Below, piece after piece: positions 1 through 11,069 of a stretch of DNA of 38,640 bases. Under the pieces are notes generated by a model. It had not been told where the DNA came from. It made no database searches and was given only the letters and a program-made list of their open reading frames with translations. The translations under genes were made by a program, and so were the position numbers. The DNA lies in contig NC_068986.1 in NCBI RefSeq assembly GCF_001194135.2, positions 74,305,298 through 74,343,937 of the forward strand. The letters run 5' to 3'. The stretch's first letter is position 1. Every line of letters begins with the position of its first letter. The DNA comes from Octopus bimaculoides. Lineage: Eukaryota.

Positions 1-10
1 TATATATATA

Positions 11-272
11 TTTGTTTTGCAAGATTTTTGATGTGAAATCGTGTGTTGAAACAGATGTTGTTGTATTTGGGGATGGTCATATTGCCAGTTTAGCCAATAA
101 AATCATATGCACTGTATATTTGGTGTTAATTTGCTTCAGCTTTATATTACATTACATTAATCCTATTTCGACCAGAGTTCTTTCGTCACACTTCTGTGAC
201 CTCATCAGTGGTCCTTTGCTTTCTTCTTTCTTATGTGTGTCCCACCTTGCTAACTATCAGCCATTTTGTATG
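11..272 (-). mobile_element. Hammerhead-bearing interspersed repeat (HH1), probably derived from a Penelope-like element
   Basis: 133-272 is the near-identical reverse complement of 4629-4764; both ORF-track translations contain ANYQPFCM. It abuts (TA)n. The Penelope assignment is inferred from the ribozyme. Confidence 0.6.
170..213 (-). ncRNA. Minimal type I hammerhead ribozyme motif (repeat family HH1), catalytic core intact
   Basis: Minus strand reads GACCA-CUGAUGA-G-GUCAC-agaagu-GUGAC-GAAA-GAACUC-UGGUC. This gives a 5-bp stem I, the core, a 5-bp stem II, GAAA, a 2-bp stem III and a CUC cleavage triplet. Confidence 0.75.
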
Positions 273-1145
273 CAGTCGGCTCATGCAAGTCATGCACTGC
301 ATGCCTGTTTATTGTTTATATAACACAAAAATTAATTTAGGAACGTAATGTATTTATAACTACATTGAAAAGTTGTTCAAATCATTGGAAACTGAATTGA
401 AATAGTTACTTTGTTTCAAAGGAAACCCATCTAGATTTGATACTTTGCTGCATTCCTATTTTGCTACCTGTAGGCATGCTTAAAGTAAAACGCATATGAA
501 ATCTTTTGTCCTCCCTTCCTATCTTTCAATAGCTATCATTTCTCTTCTGCCTATCTGTAAAATCCTTGCCTGTATCATTCTTTTTTTTTATCTCAATGAA
601 ATAACTACGGAAGGCATGTTTTGAGAAAAATGCATGTTACAGCTTTGGCTTTCCCCACCCTTTCTATCAGTGCTTCTTTGTTAACAATTCTTTGTAATGG
701 ATGTTTCTAATGTGACAAGCTAAATGGTTGAATGGGTTTGATTTTTTGACCCATAAAATTTCTGACCAAAACATATCAACAATCCCATAATTCTTAGTTA
801 GTCTGCTGAAATGTTGCCGTGACTTTGGAATATCTATTTTGCTCTGTCATAAGTTTCGAAATTATTATCATTAACCATCCTCTGTATTGAAAAAATTTTC
901 CAAAAATATAATATCGCTAATTAATCTTTCGTTAATTTACTAAAATTATCTTTCCATTTTTGGATTTACAATTCATGTACACACTTATACACATTCACAC
1001 GTGCACTATTACTTTCATAAGATCTCTTTAGGATTTTCAAAATATTTGTCCAAATAACTGAAACATACACACATAAATATAAACAAACACATTGAAAGAT
1101 GTGTGTGTGCGTGTGTGTGTATGTGTGTGTGTTTGTGTATAAATT

Positions 1146-1468
1146 GTGAAGGCACCTGGCTTTGTGGTTAGGGCATTCAGCTCAGGATCGTAAGGTCGTA
1201 AGTTCAATTCCCGGCCACGCATTGTGTCCTTGAGTAAGACTCTTTATTTCCCATTGCTCCAGTCCACTCAGCTGGCAAATATGAGTAGTACCTGTATTTC
1301 AAAGGGCCGCCCTTGTCACACTCTGTGTCACGCTGAATCTCCCTGAGAACTACGTTAGGGGTACACGTGTCTGTGGATTGCTCAGTCACTTGCACGTTAA
1401 TTTCACGAGCAAGCTGTTCCGTTGATCGTATCAGCTGGGAGCCTCGTTGTTGTAAGTGACGGAGTGCT
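1146..1468 (+). mobile_element. SINE family A, alternative-head variant (A2)
   Basis: tRNA-like head with B box AGTTCAATTCCC; the 3' body and tail match the copies at 19363, 26394 and 28036. Confidence 0.8.
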
Positions 1469-2194
1469 CCTTGTGTATAAATCATTTTGTATAAATCATT
1501 TTCTTTTACATTCTCTCAAATTTTCTTTCATCATTAGTTAAGTGTAATTTACATTTCTTCGTTTTCTTGCATGCTGCAATATTTCACATCTTTGCTACTC
1601 CTAACAAATGAAAAGAGATGCTAGGTTTTTGCTTGGTGTTTTTAGGGCTTTTTACAATGTTGAATTTTTACTATTTTTTCTTGTGTGTATGTTTATGTAT
1701 ACACGTGTATGCTCAAAATGTGCACACACGTGCGTGTGGGTGAGACATAGTCTTTTAATGTACAGAGTTCAATAACTATCAGAACAGGCTGCTTGAGTGA
1801 GTGTCAACTATTTTCTGGAAATTGGCGAGTAGCCTGATAAAGCAGTTGATTTGTCTTTGACAGCACAATGGTCTAAAACCATGGCCATATTACATAACTA
1901 AATGTGTTCTCTTAGTTAAATAATTTCAAAATGATTCGGCTCAATCAATAAGTATTTATTGCATGACCAACCTCAGAAGTTACCACATGCCACTGCTATA
2001 TATATATATATATATGTATGTATATGTATGTATGTATGTATGTAGGTAGGTAGGTGGAAAGACCCTAAACGAAGGTGCATAACAGAAAATAGCAAGTGAC
2101 ATGTGTAACTGCATGTTCTCTATGCAGTAGAAACACGTGTCGGTCATATTAACCAATTATGCTGTATAATTAACTGGAAAAATTAAAAGGAAAA

Positions 2195-2445
2195 TTTAGA
2201 GATGTACCAGTCTCCATATTCTTTGTAATTATTTACATTCAATGGATATATGTCCTCATCTTGTTTGTTGTTACCACAATGTTTCAGCTCATTTACTCTC
2301 CAGCCTTCATCAGGTGTCCTGGTGAAATTTTGAAATTTTATTGATGTTATTATTATTATTATTTATTCAAGGCACTGCCTGGAATTGAACTCGGAATCTT
2401 GGGGTTAGTAGCTCACACTGTTACCCATTATGTTATATGCCCGTA
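2195..2445 (-). mobile_element. tRNA-headed SINE-like element with a (TAA)n linker and a hammerhead-containing tail (family HH2)
   Basis: Minus strand reads GGGCATATAACATAATGG (degenerate A box)...GAGTTCAATTCC (B box)...(TAA)n AACATC...GGACAC CTGATGA AGGCTG...GAAAC ATT. Confidence 0.7.
2273..2319 (-). ncRNA. Hammerhead-like motif (HH2), stems II and III partly decayed
   Basis: Minus strand reads GGACAC-CTGATGA-A-GGCTG-gagagtaaat-GAGCT-GAAA-CATT-GTG. Confidence 0.55.
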
Positions 2446-2491
2446 GGCAATTATAGAGTGAGTTTTAGGGCTTATAAACCTAATATTTTTG

Positions 2492-2692
2492 TATAAATAA
2501 TAATAATAATAACATCAGCAAAAAAATACTTTAGGAATGAGAACCCAGAATTGGGTTCAAAATTCCACCAGGACACCTGATGAAGGCTGGAGAGTAAATC
2601 AGCCGAAATGCTGTGGTAATAACAAACAAGACGAGGACACATCCGTCCAATGTAAATAAAGTAAATAATGTAGAGAATTCCTTATCTCTAAA
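2492..2692 (+). mobile_element. Headless second copy of HH2, inverted relative to 2195-2445
   Basis: (TAA)n AACATC linker, then a tail of about 100 bp (2556-2657) closely matching the reverse complement of 2231-2335. Confidence 0.7.
2571..2617 (+). ncRNA. Hammerhead-like motif (HH2), cleavage site degenerate
   Basis: GGACAC-CTGATGA(2577-2583)-A-GGCTG-gagagtaaat-CAGCC-GAAA(2605-2608)-TGCT-GTG. U16.1 is replaced by C. Confidence 0.6.
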
Positions 2693-4498
2693 ATATAGAA
2701 TAGTATTCTTTCTAATTGTTTTGGATTTACACTCCTGATAATATTCATAATCCAGTGAAGCAAACCCAGGATTTAACCATAAGATGAATTCCAGAAGGAT
2801 TGCTAACCCTAAGCAATCTTAGGTGCTTCCTACTATTTGATGTGGTTTGCTTGAACCCTGACTATACCTGAGTGCTTTTACCATACCTGTACTCATTATG
2901 CCCGTTATGTTTTCACCCAGTTTTTGCCTATTTTTCCCAGCTCTGTGGAACTTTTGAAATATTCATAGCAGTGCAATGCACCTCTGCTTGTTTACTTAAC
3001 CATAAAAAATGCTCCCTTAATATTTGTAGTGTGACTCTTAGCTCATTCTTCCCCTCTTCTTTCTCCTCTCTCTTTCTTTTTCCCCTCCCCTCCTTAATTG
3101 CCTCCCTTGGACCCCTGTCCTCTCTCCTTTCCTCTCTCTTACTTTTCTGCTTCTCATCCTTGAGTCCCTCCACTCTTCCTCTCTCCTACTACGTGACCAG
3201 TATCCAGTCAATGTCGTTCTTTTTCAACTTACTGCTGACCCAGCGAGACATGTTTGTATTCCATCCATCAAAGAATTTTTCCATTTCTTTGTGCTACCTC
3301 ACTATGTCTGTCTTTATAGCCAAAAAGTCTTTTCTGTTTGCATTGTATCCGTTTTGGTACTGTATACATATATCTATTCCTTTTGCTTATTGTACAGCCA
3401 TAAAGCAATTTCTATTGCGTATAATATTATTTTGTCCTGTCCATGCACACATTCATCAGCTTTTTCCTGTAGCTCTATACTTTGGCACTCCTATTAGATA
3501 AAAGTGGTCTTGGTTCATATAGCATGAAACCACTATGACGTTTTGGATACCAGCTGAGGAGAAAGTCAGTTGTAAATGTTCCTTGTATTGTGTCTTTGTC
3601 TCCCTTTTCTCTCCATTCTGATTTCGCCAAGATTTCATTTGTACACACACACACACACACACACACATGCATTCATACATACATATGTGTGTATATCTGC
3701 ACATGTATGTATTAGTGTGTTTGTTTACAGTTGTATTTTTCCCAAGCCTTCTCTACTGGGGATAGTGATGTTGTCATTCTCTTGTCAATGGGTCACCCAC
3801 TGGTTTTGCACTGTCCATGATGTGGAATGAAATACTCCTTGCTTGTAAAAGAGGTTTTTAAAAGGATCAGAGATTGAATGGGTGCTCAGCTGTAAAGCAC
3901 TGCCTCAAACATAATTGTCTAACACATATGTTAGCATAGAAAAAGCGATGTTAAAAAGAAGGAACAAATAATATATGTTATCATTTTCTTCCTCCTCATC
4001 ATCATTTAACATTCACTTTTCCATAGCATAGTAAAGATAACAGAAAAATTCCACATATAGAAAGAAAGAGTGGGTGGGGGCTATATAAATAGATACGGAG
4101 TTGTATATGTTTGTATATTTGTAGATATGTATATTAATCTGTGTATGCAAGTTTATAAGGATTCCTGAATGTGTGTTTATGTGCATATATATATATATAT
4201 ATATAAATAAAACATAAAAAACAGACAGTGTTGGAACTCTTTTAAACAAAATAATATATTCCTCTATACACAATCATACAAAACCCCCTTTTTTTGGTAT
4301 TTATTTTTACTCGCATATATATATATATATATATATATGTATATGTATGTATGTATGTACGTATGTATGTATATAATAATATTAGGGATAAAAATCCAAA
4401 TTTCCAGGTAAAAACTCAATTAAATTCAATATATCAAAACTTAAAATTAAATTAAGTTTCACAGTATATAATATATGAATATAACCAAAGTGCATGAG

Positions 4499-4559
4499 CT
4501 AATCCATGAAGATCCACAGTGACATATAGAAAAAGTGACTGTGGATTTTCATGGATTAG
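4499..4559. repeat. Inverted repeat/hairpin: 25-bp arms (23/25 complementary), 11-nt loop
   Basis: CTAATCCATGAAGATCCACAGTGAC-atatagaaaaa-GTGACTGTGGATTTTCATGGATTAG. Confidence 0.85.
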
Positions 4560-4588
4560 TTCTTGAACTTTGGTTCTGTTCTCTAAAT

Positions 4589-4628
<40 letters not shown>

Positions 4629-4632
<4 letters not shown>

Positions 4633-4764
4633 CAAAATGGCTGATAGTTAGCAAGGTTGGACACACATAAGAAAGAAAAAAAGCAAAGAACCACTGATGA
4701 GGTCACAGAAGTTTGACGAAAGAACTCTGGCCGAGATAGGATTAATGTAATATAAAGCTGAAGC
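4629..4764 (+). mobile_element. HH1 repeat, second copy, running into an assembly gap
   Basis: Homologous to the reverse complement of 133-272 and preceded by (TA)n. Confidence 0.65.
4689..4732 (+). ncRNA. Minimal type I hammerhead ribozyme motif (HH1, second copy)
   Basis: AACCA-CTGATGA(4694-4700)-G-GTCA-cagaagtt-TGAC-GAAA(4718-4721)-GAACTC-TGGCC. The core and CUC triplet are intact; stem I is reduced to 3 bp. Confidence 0.7.
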
Positions 4765-5099
4765 NNNNNNNNNNNNNNNNNNNNNNNNNNNNNNNNNNNN
4801 NNNNNNNNNNNNNNNNNNNNNNNNNNNNNNNNNNNNNNNNNNNNNNNNNNNNNNNNNNNNNNNNNNNNNNNNNNNNNNNNNNNNNNNNNNNNNNNNNNNN
4901 NNNNNNNNNNNNNNNNNNNNNNNNNNNNNNNNNNNNNNNNNNNNNNNNNNNNNNNNNNNNNNNNNNNNNNNNNNNNNNNNNNNNNNNNNNNNNNNNNNNN
5001 NNNNNNNNNNGGCAGTCTATGTTGGCTTGGCGATAACTATTAATATCCAGTACCGCTGCCGTAGTCGCCTTTAGAGAGACTTAGAAATATTAATATCTC

Positions 5100-5153
<54 letters not shown>

Positions 5154-5165
5154 ATATATATATAT

Positions 5166-5362
5166 GACATTCTGTCGGTTATGATGACCAGGGATCCAGT
5201 TGATCCAATCAACAAAAACAGCCTGCTCATGAAATTAACATGAAAGTGGTTGAACAATCCACAGAATACATGTACTCTTAACATAGTTCTGAGGGAGATT
5301 CAGTGTGGCACAGAATGGGACAAGGCTGGTCCTTTGAAATACAGGTACTACTCATTTTTGCT
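5166..5362 (-). mobile_element. SINE family A, 3' portion
   Basis: Reverse complement of the family A body and tail (GATCAACTGG...ACCGAC). Confidence 0.75.
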
Positions 5363-5801
5363 CATCTAACCTTTTTCAAGTCTTGTTCTTGATTCTGCTG
5401 GGTTTCCAGACACCCTCCTAACAAGTATAACAAGCTACTCAAGTAGAGAAGCCATTTTAGTTGCCAACTACTTGACCACAAAACAAGTAGTACTGGTTTA
5501 CATGGTCTCATCAGGCTGTGATGAAATCCCTGACTGCTCTCTCTCTCTCTCTTTTTTCACTTGAACATTGTGAGACTAATAACCAGGTCTAGAACTCAAT
5601 ATATGTATGTTTCAGAATGAAGTGTTAGATGAGTACAGAGCAGTAATAATAAGAAGAGATGGCAAAGGAATAAATGATTATCTTATGAACTTTCATTAGC
5701 TTACAGCTATTTCTGCTATATGAGTCCACTGCATCTTATAGAAGAAACAACTGTAAGCTAATGAAGTTCATAAGATGTTTACTCCTTTGTCATCTTTTTT
5801 T

Positions 5802-5832
<31 letters not shown>

Positions 5833-6242
5833 NNNNNNNNNNNNNNNNNNNNNNNNNNNNNNNNNNNNNNNNNNNNNNNNNNNNNNNNNNNNNNNNNNNN
5901 NNNNNNNNNNNNNNNNNNNNNNNNNNNNNNNNNNNNNNNNNNNNNNNNNNNNNNNNNNNNNNNNNNNNNNNNNNNNNNNNNNNNNNNNNNNNNNNNNNNN
6001 NNNNNNNNNNNNNNNNNNNNNNNNNNNNNNNNNNNNNNNNNNNNNNNNNNNNNNNNNNNNNNNNNNNNNNNNNNNNNNNNNNNNNNNNNNNNNNNNNNNN
6101 NNNNNNNNNNNNNNNNNNNNNNNNNNNNNNNNNNNNNNNNNNNNNNNNNNNNNNNNNNNNNNNNNNNNNNNNNNNNNNNNNNNNNNNNNNNNNNNNNNNN
6201 NNNNNNNNNNNNNNNNNNNNNNNNNNNNNNNNNNNNNNNNNN

Positions 6243-6273
<31 letters not shown>

Positions 6274-7011
6274 CCACACCACACACCATCATCCAGATAC
6301 CCACACACAAATCTTCAATAGCTTTACCACACATCACTATATGAGCAGCCATACATTACAGACGCACAGTCTTACACATGCACACAATCACACACGTCAG
6401 AGTCACTAGTCCCTATTCACACATACACACTTACACATTCATACACCATTCTCACATACACACACACACGCACGTGCACCTTTATATGGGATCACCAGTA
6501 CTTTATTATATCCCTTCCTTTCAACCTCTTCTTTCAAACGTTTTTTCTAGTCATTTGCCATGCTTGACCACTAAATCTAAATTTTTTTTTTCATTCTCTC
6601 TCTGTTTATTTTCTCTTATTCCTTTCTGTTGAAGAGTGTAGGCCTGAAACTTCCTGAGTGTCAAGCTAATACACCTGCTTCTTGTTCATACACCTGTTTT
6701 CATCTTTTGTTTTTCTATAAATTTCAACTATATGTATATATCTCTCTCTCTCTTCTCTTCCTGTGTTCGGCCAAGCCTGACCTTTCTTGAGCGGTCCTTG
6801 AGCATGCAACATTGTTATTCCTCCCTGTGCCTGTGAAATCTTGTATCTCGACTGTAAGGGCTTATTTCCGTACATGCCAGCTTAATTTAATTCGTCCTTA
6901 GTCGAAAGACATCTGTTGTTTTGTCCCGTTATTATTCCTACTGTATTTGGTTAACATTGTTCGTTTTTTTTCCGTCCTTGTTTTTGTATATATTCGCTGC
7001 TNNNNNNNNNN

Positions 7012-7052
<41 letters not shown>

Positions 7053-7339
7053 ATAATCATGTGTTCACATCACTCACCAGGTTATCAGGTGTTGTTACAC
7101 ATCGCTGGTTACGATGCGCTTTTTGCATTGTTTTAGCTGTCAAATAACGCCTCTCCCTGATCAAAACGGGGACAGGAGCAATGTGAAATGAAATGTTTTG
7201 CTCAAGAACTCAACATACCACCCAGACAGGGAATCGAACTCATGATCTGGTGATTGTGAGTGCAACAGCCTACCACTAGGCAACATGCCTTCACATATAT
7301 ATATATGAGATCCCAAAACCAAGGTTTCACATAAAAAGC

Positions 7340-7684
7340 ACTTGTGGTGGTAGGAATTTAAAAGAACCTGTGATGGTGCTACATAAAAAGTATCCAGTAC
7401 ATCTTGTGGAGCATTAGGAAGGGCATCCAGCTATAGAAACCAGGCCAAAACAGGCTGTGAGACCTGGTGCACTCCTTGACCTTACCAGTTCCTCTGAAGC
7501 CATCCAACCTATGCCAGCATGGAAAACAGACGTTAACCAATGATGATAATTATATATATATATATATATATACCTCTCTTTCTCTCTTTCGGAGAGAGGC
7601 ACAAATCAGATTGGAGCCTGGTGTAGCCATCTTGTCCAACCCATGCTAGCATGGAAAGTGGACGTTAAACAATGATGATGATGA
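7340..7684 (+). mobile_element. Two adjacent 3' fragments of repeat family D ((GAT)n tail; RTE-like 3' end by recall)
   Basis: AGGAAGGGCATCCAGCT..AGAAAC and CCAACCCATGCTAGCATGGAAAG.GGACGTTAAAC.ATGATGAT occur twice, separated by (TA)n. Confidence 0.7.
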
Positions 7685-7710
7685 TATATATATATATATA
7701 TATATCCACA

Positions 7711-7989
7711 TAGGCACAGGAGTGGCTGTGTGGTAAGTAGCTTGCTTACCAGCCACATGGTTCCGGGTTCATTCCCACTGCGTGGCACCTTGGGTAAGTG
7801 TCTTCTACTATAGCCTCGGGCCGACCAAAGCCTTGTGAGTGGATTTGGTAGACGGAAACTGAAAGAAGCCTGTTGTATATAAGTATATATATATATATGT
7901 GTATATGTGTGTATATGTTTGTGTGTCTGTGTTTGTCCCCCCAACATCGCTTGACAACCGATGCTAGTGTGTTTAGGTCCCCATAACTT
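7711..7989 (+). mobile_element. SINE family B (tRNA head, internal TA/TG microsatellite), cut by a gap
   Basis: AGGCACAGGAGTGGCTGTGTGGTAAG...GGGTTCATTCCC...GACGGAAACTGAAAGAAGCC; reverse complement of the copies at 10402, 12255, 17063 and 30983. Confidence 0.85.
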
Positions 7990-8257
7990 NNNNNNNNNNN
8001 NNNNNNNNNNNNNNNNNNNNNNNNNNNNNNNNNNNNNNNNNNNNNNNNNNNNNNNNNNNNNNNNNNNNNNNNNNNNNNNNNNNNNNNNNNNNNNNNNNNN
8101 NNNNNNNNNNNNNNNNNNNNNNNNNNNNNNNNNNNNNNNNNNNNNNNNNNNNNNNNNNNNNNNNNNNNNNNNNNNNNNNNNNNNNNNNNNNNNNNNNNNN
8201 NNNNNNNNNNNNNNNNNNNNNNNNNNNNNNNNNNNNNNNNNNNNNNNNNNNNNNNNN

Positions 8258-8314
<57 letters not shown>

Positions 8315-8719
8315 TATGTATCCATTTATATATGTATGTATATTCATTTATCTATACATACACAGATTCACACACACACACACACATATACATGCACACA
8401 TCCATATATATGTATGTACAAAACTCAAATCATTCTGATCCACCATCAGTGGATTAAGCGAGATATATATATATATTCATTCCTCTAATACAACAACAAC
8501 AACAATAACAGCATTTCATTACATTCCTTGGTAACAATGTCTGCTAGCAATGTAGCCATTGTAGATATCTTCCTTCTGCTTCTTCTCCCTTCCTCTTTCC
8601 CCCATCCTTCTCTCTGATGCTAAGCATTAAAAATAGATTTGACATCTCAGAAGATTGTAAAGAATTGGAGAATCGGAGTCTTATCTTTATTGCATGGACT
8701 TCTGTTATGCATTTCATCT

Positions 8720-9175
8720 ATCAACTAATGTATGTGTGTGTGTGTGTGTGTGTAAGTGTGTGTGTTGGTGTGTGTGTGTATACACGCGTGTGTGTGTCTG
8801 TGTACAAATGTGTGTGTGCCTGTACATGCATGTGTATATCTGTGTAGACGTGTGTGCATGCATGTGTGTTTCTGTGTATACACGCGTATGCGCATGTGTT
8901 TCTGTGTACATGTGTGTGTGTTTGCGTGTGTGTGTGTGTGTCATAGTGTTCACTTCTAATATGTTGCTTTACACACACACACACACACACACACACATAT
9001 GTATATTCTGTGTCTCATATGTCTGTCAGCTTTTCGAATATAAAACATGTTTAAGTGCTGCCTTACTTATAGAACACTCCACATATAAATCTTACATATA
9101 CATGTTTGTGTGTGCGTGCGTGTGTGTGTGAGTGTGTGTGTATGTCTAAAGTGAGAGAGAGAGAGAGAGAGAAAG
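8720..9175. repeat. Compound (TG)n/(CA)n/(AG)n microsatellite tract
   Basis: Seen directly in the sequence. Confidence 0.9.
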
Positions 9176-10401
9176 AGGGAGGAGTGAGACAGTTGCATCT
9201 ATATGAAATATGGTGCACAACAGTGTGAAAATACATCCATCCTTTGTATGTTTAAAAAAAATTAATCCTTATATAATGTTAAGGACACATCGTGATGTAT
9301 CATAAAAATCACACACATATGCATCAACTCACACATACACATGACACATGCATTAACTTATACATCCATATTTATGATCCCCTTTTCATATGTTTGTCTT
9401 CCATTTTGTAAGTCCAGATGTTATTTAGGTGATCTCAAGATAAACACGATATTCTTTTGTGTCAAGATTTATAAAAGAGAGGGTGTGTGTGTGTGTGTGT
9501 ATTGATTCCATTATGGGAAAATTCTTGAATGATACTAGCAAAGAAATGCAATTCTTGTATATTTCCACTTACAAGGTTACCTGATAATTACACGAGTCCC
9601 CTTTCTAACTCCTTTAAACTGTGATGTTTTCTTTTGATCCCTTTTTAAGATGGGTGGTGGAGGTAATAATTCAGAATGGTTTGAGTAAAAAAAAACAACA
9701 AAAAACAGTAACTAAGAAAACAAACAAACAAAACAGTGGCTAAGTTAATTACTGTATGCCCTCAAAAGGAGAATAAAATACTGCAAAATACATCAGACAA
9801 TTTTCACATGCTGCAAGTGGTTCCAGTGAAAAAAATAGCATGCGTGTGTGTGTGAGTGTGTGTGTGGTGGGGGAAGACTATTCTGTAATTCATTTTGAAA
9901 TTCTCCATCTCATAATCTGAAAGGAGCTTTCTGTGTGATGTGGTTTTACTGACTGATGTCAAAGTTACATCAATTCATAAAATATGTTCACAAGCCATTT
10001 GGCACTTCAAATTCACTGTATATTCCTTATTAGTCTGCACTCAAAAATAGTTATTTAAGTGTATAACAACATAGGATTGAAATGAAATTCTAAAAATCCA
10101 TTCCTTCAGTTTGGTTTCCATTTTATCACATCAGAAGAATAGCTCCCTTTTATCTCTTTTTTTTCTTCTTGGTGTGATAAGGTTTTTTTGCGCTTCCTCT
10201 GATTTCTAGTTTCTTGCTATTTGCCCCAGAGATTCTTAATCATCTTTTGCCTGTGGATCCCTTTGGCTCCTATTTTACTTTGCTGGACCCTCATATCCAT
10301 TCACTGTTTAATATTAAAATCCTATTATATTTATATTAAAATATTATTAGGAATTGTATTAAAAAATTGTTGAAATTTTCTATGTATTGCAAAAGTATAA
10401 C

Positions 10402-10611
10402 TACGCTTTTACTTGTTTCAGTCATTTGACTGTGGCCATGCTGGAGCACCGCCTTTAGTTGAGCAGATCGGCCCCAGGACTTATTCTTTGGAAGCCTAGT
10501 ACTTATTCTATCGGTCACTTTTGCCGAACCGCTAAGTTAAGGGGACATAAACACACCAGCATCGGTTTTCAAGCGATGTTGGGGGGACAAACAACACAGA
10601 CACACAAACAT

Positions 10612-10656
<45 letters not shown>

Positions 10657-10829
10657 CATATATACGACGGGCTTCTTTCAGTTTCCGTCTACCAAATCCA
10701 CTCACAAGGCTTTGGTCGGCCCGAGGCTATAGTAGAAGACACTTCCCCAAGGTGCCATGCAGTGGGAATGAACCCGGAACCATGTGTTTGGTAAGCAAGC
10801 TACTTACCACACAGCCACTCCTGCACCTA
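10402..10829 (-). mobile_element. SINE family B, full length
   Basis: Multi-copy within the window; tail GACTGAAACAAGTAAAAG on the minus strand. Confidence 0.9.
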
Positions 10830-11069
10830 ACTGATTTTATTTCACATAAATTTTAACAGCAAAATCTTATGTGAATTCCCAAGGGCCACTTGGACCCAAG
10901 TTGAGTGCTAAATTCCTGTTTAACTGTGCAGTTTGAGTTTTGTTTGGCATACTGAATTACTTTCAGTTTCAATTTCACATGAAAAGAGTTCTAGTTTTTT
11001 TCTTTTAGAACATCATGTTGAGATACATCTATAGTTTATAGATGAAAAACACCAATTATGTTGATATTA

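Noticed and set aside
2872-3501. 209-aa ORF (and the antisense 81-aa ORF)
   Set aside because: Driven by a CT-rich low-complexity tract (S/L/F/P-rich); no recognisable domain or convincing splice context.
5461-5520. Minus-strand CUGAUGA followed by a GACCA/UGGUC stem
   Set aside because: Followed by AAGU rather than GAAA, with no stem I partner. At best a heavily decayed motif, so it cannot be supported.
5761-8488. Long ORFs containing X runs and YIYI/HTHT/CVCV repeats (also 16069, 29340-29949, 37101-37904)
   Set aside because: Artefacts of N gaps and dinucleotide microsatellites, which lack stop codons.
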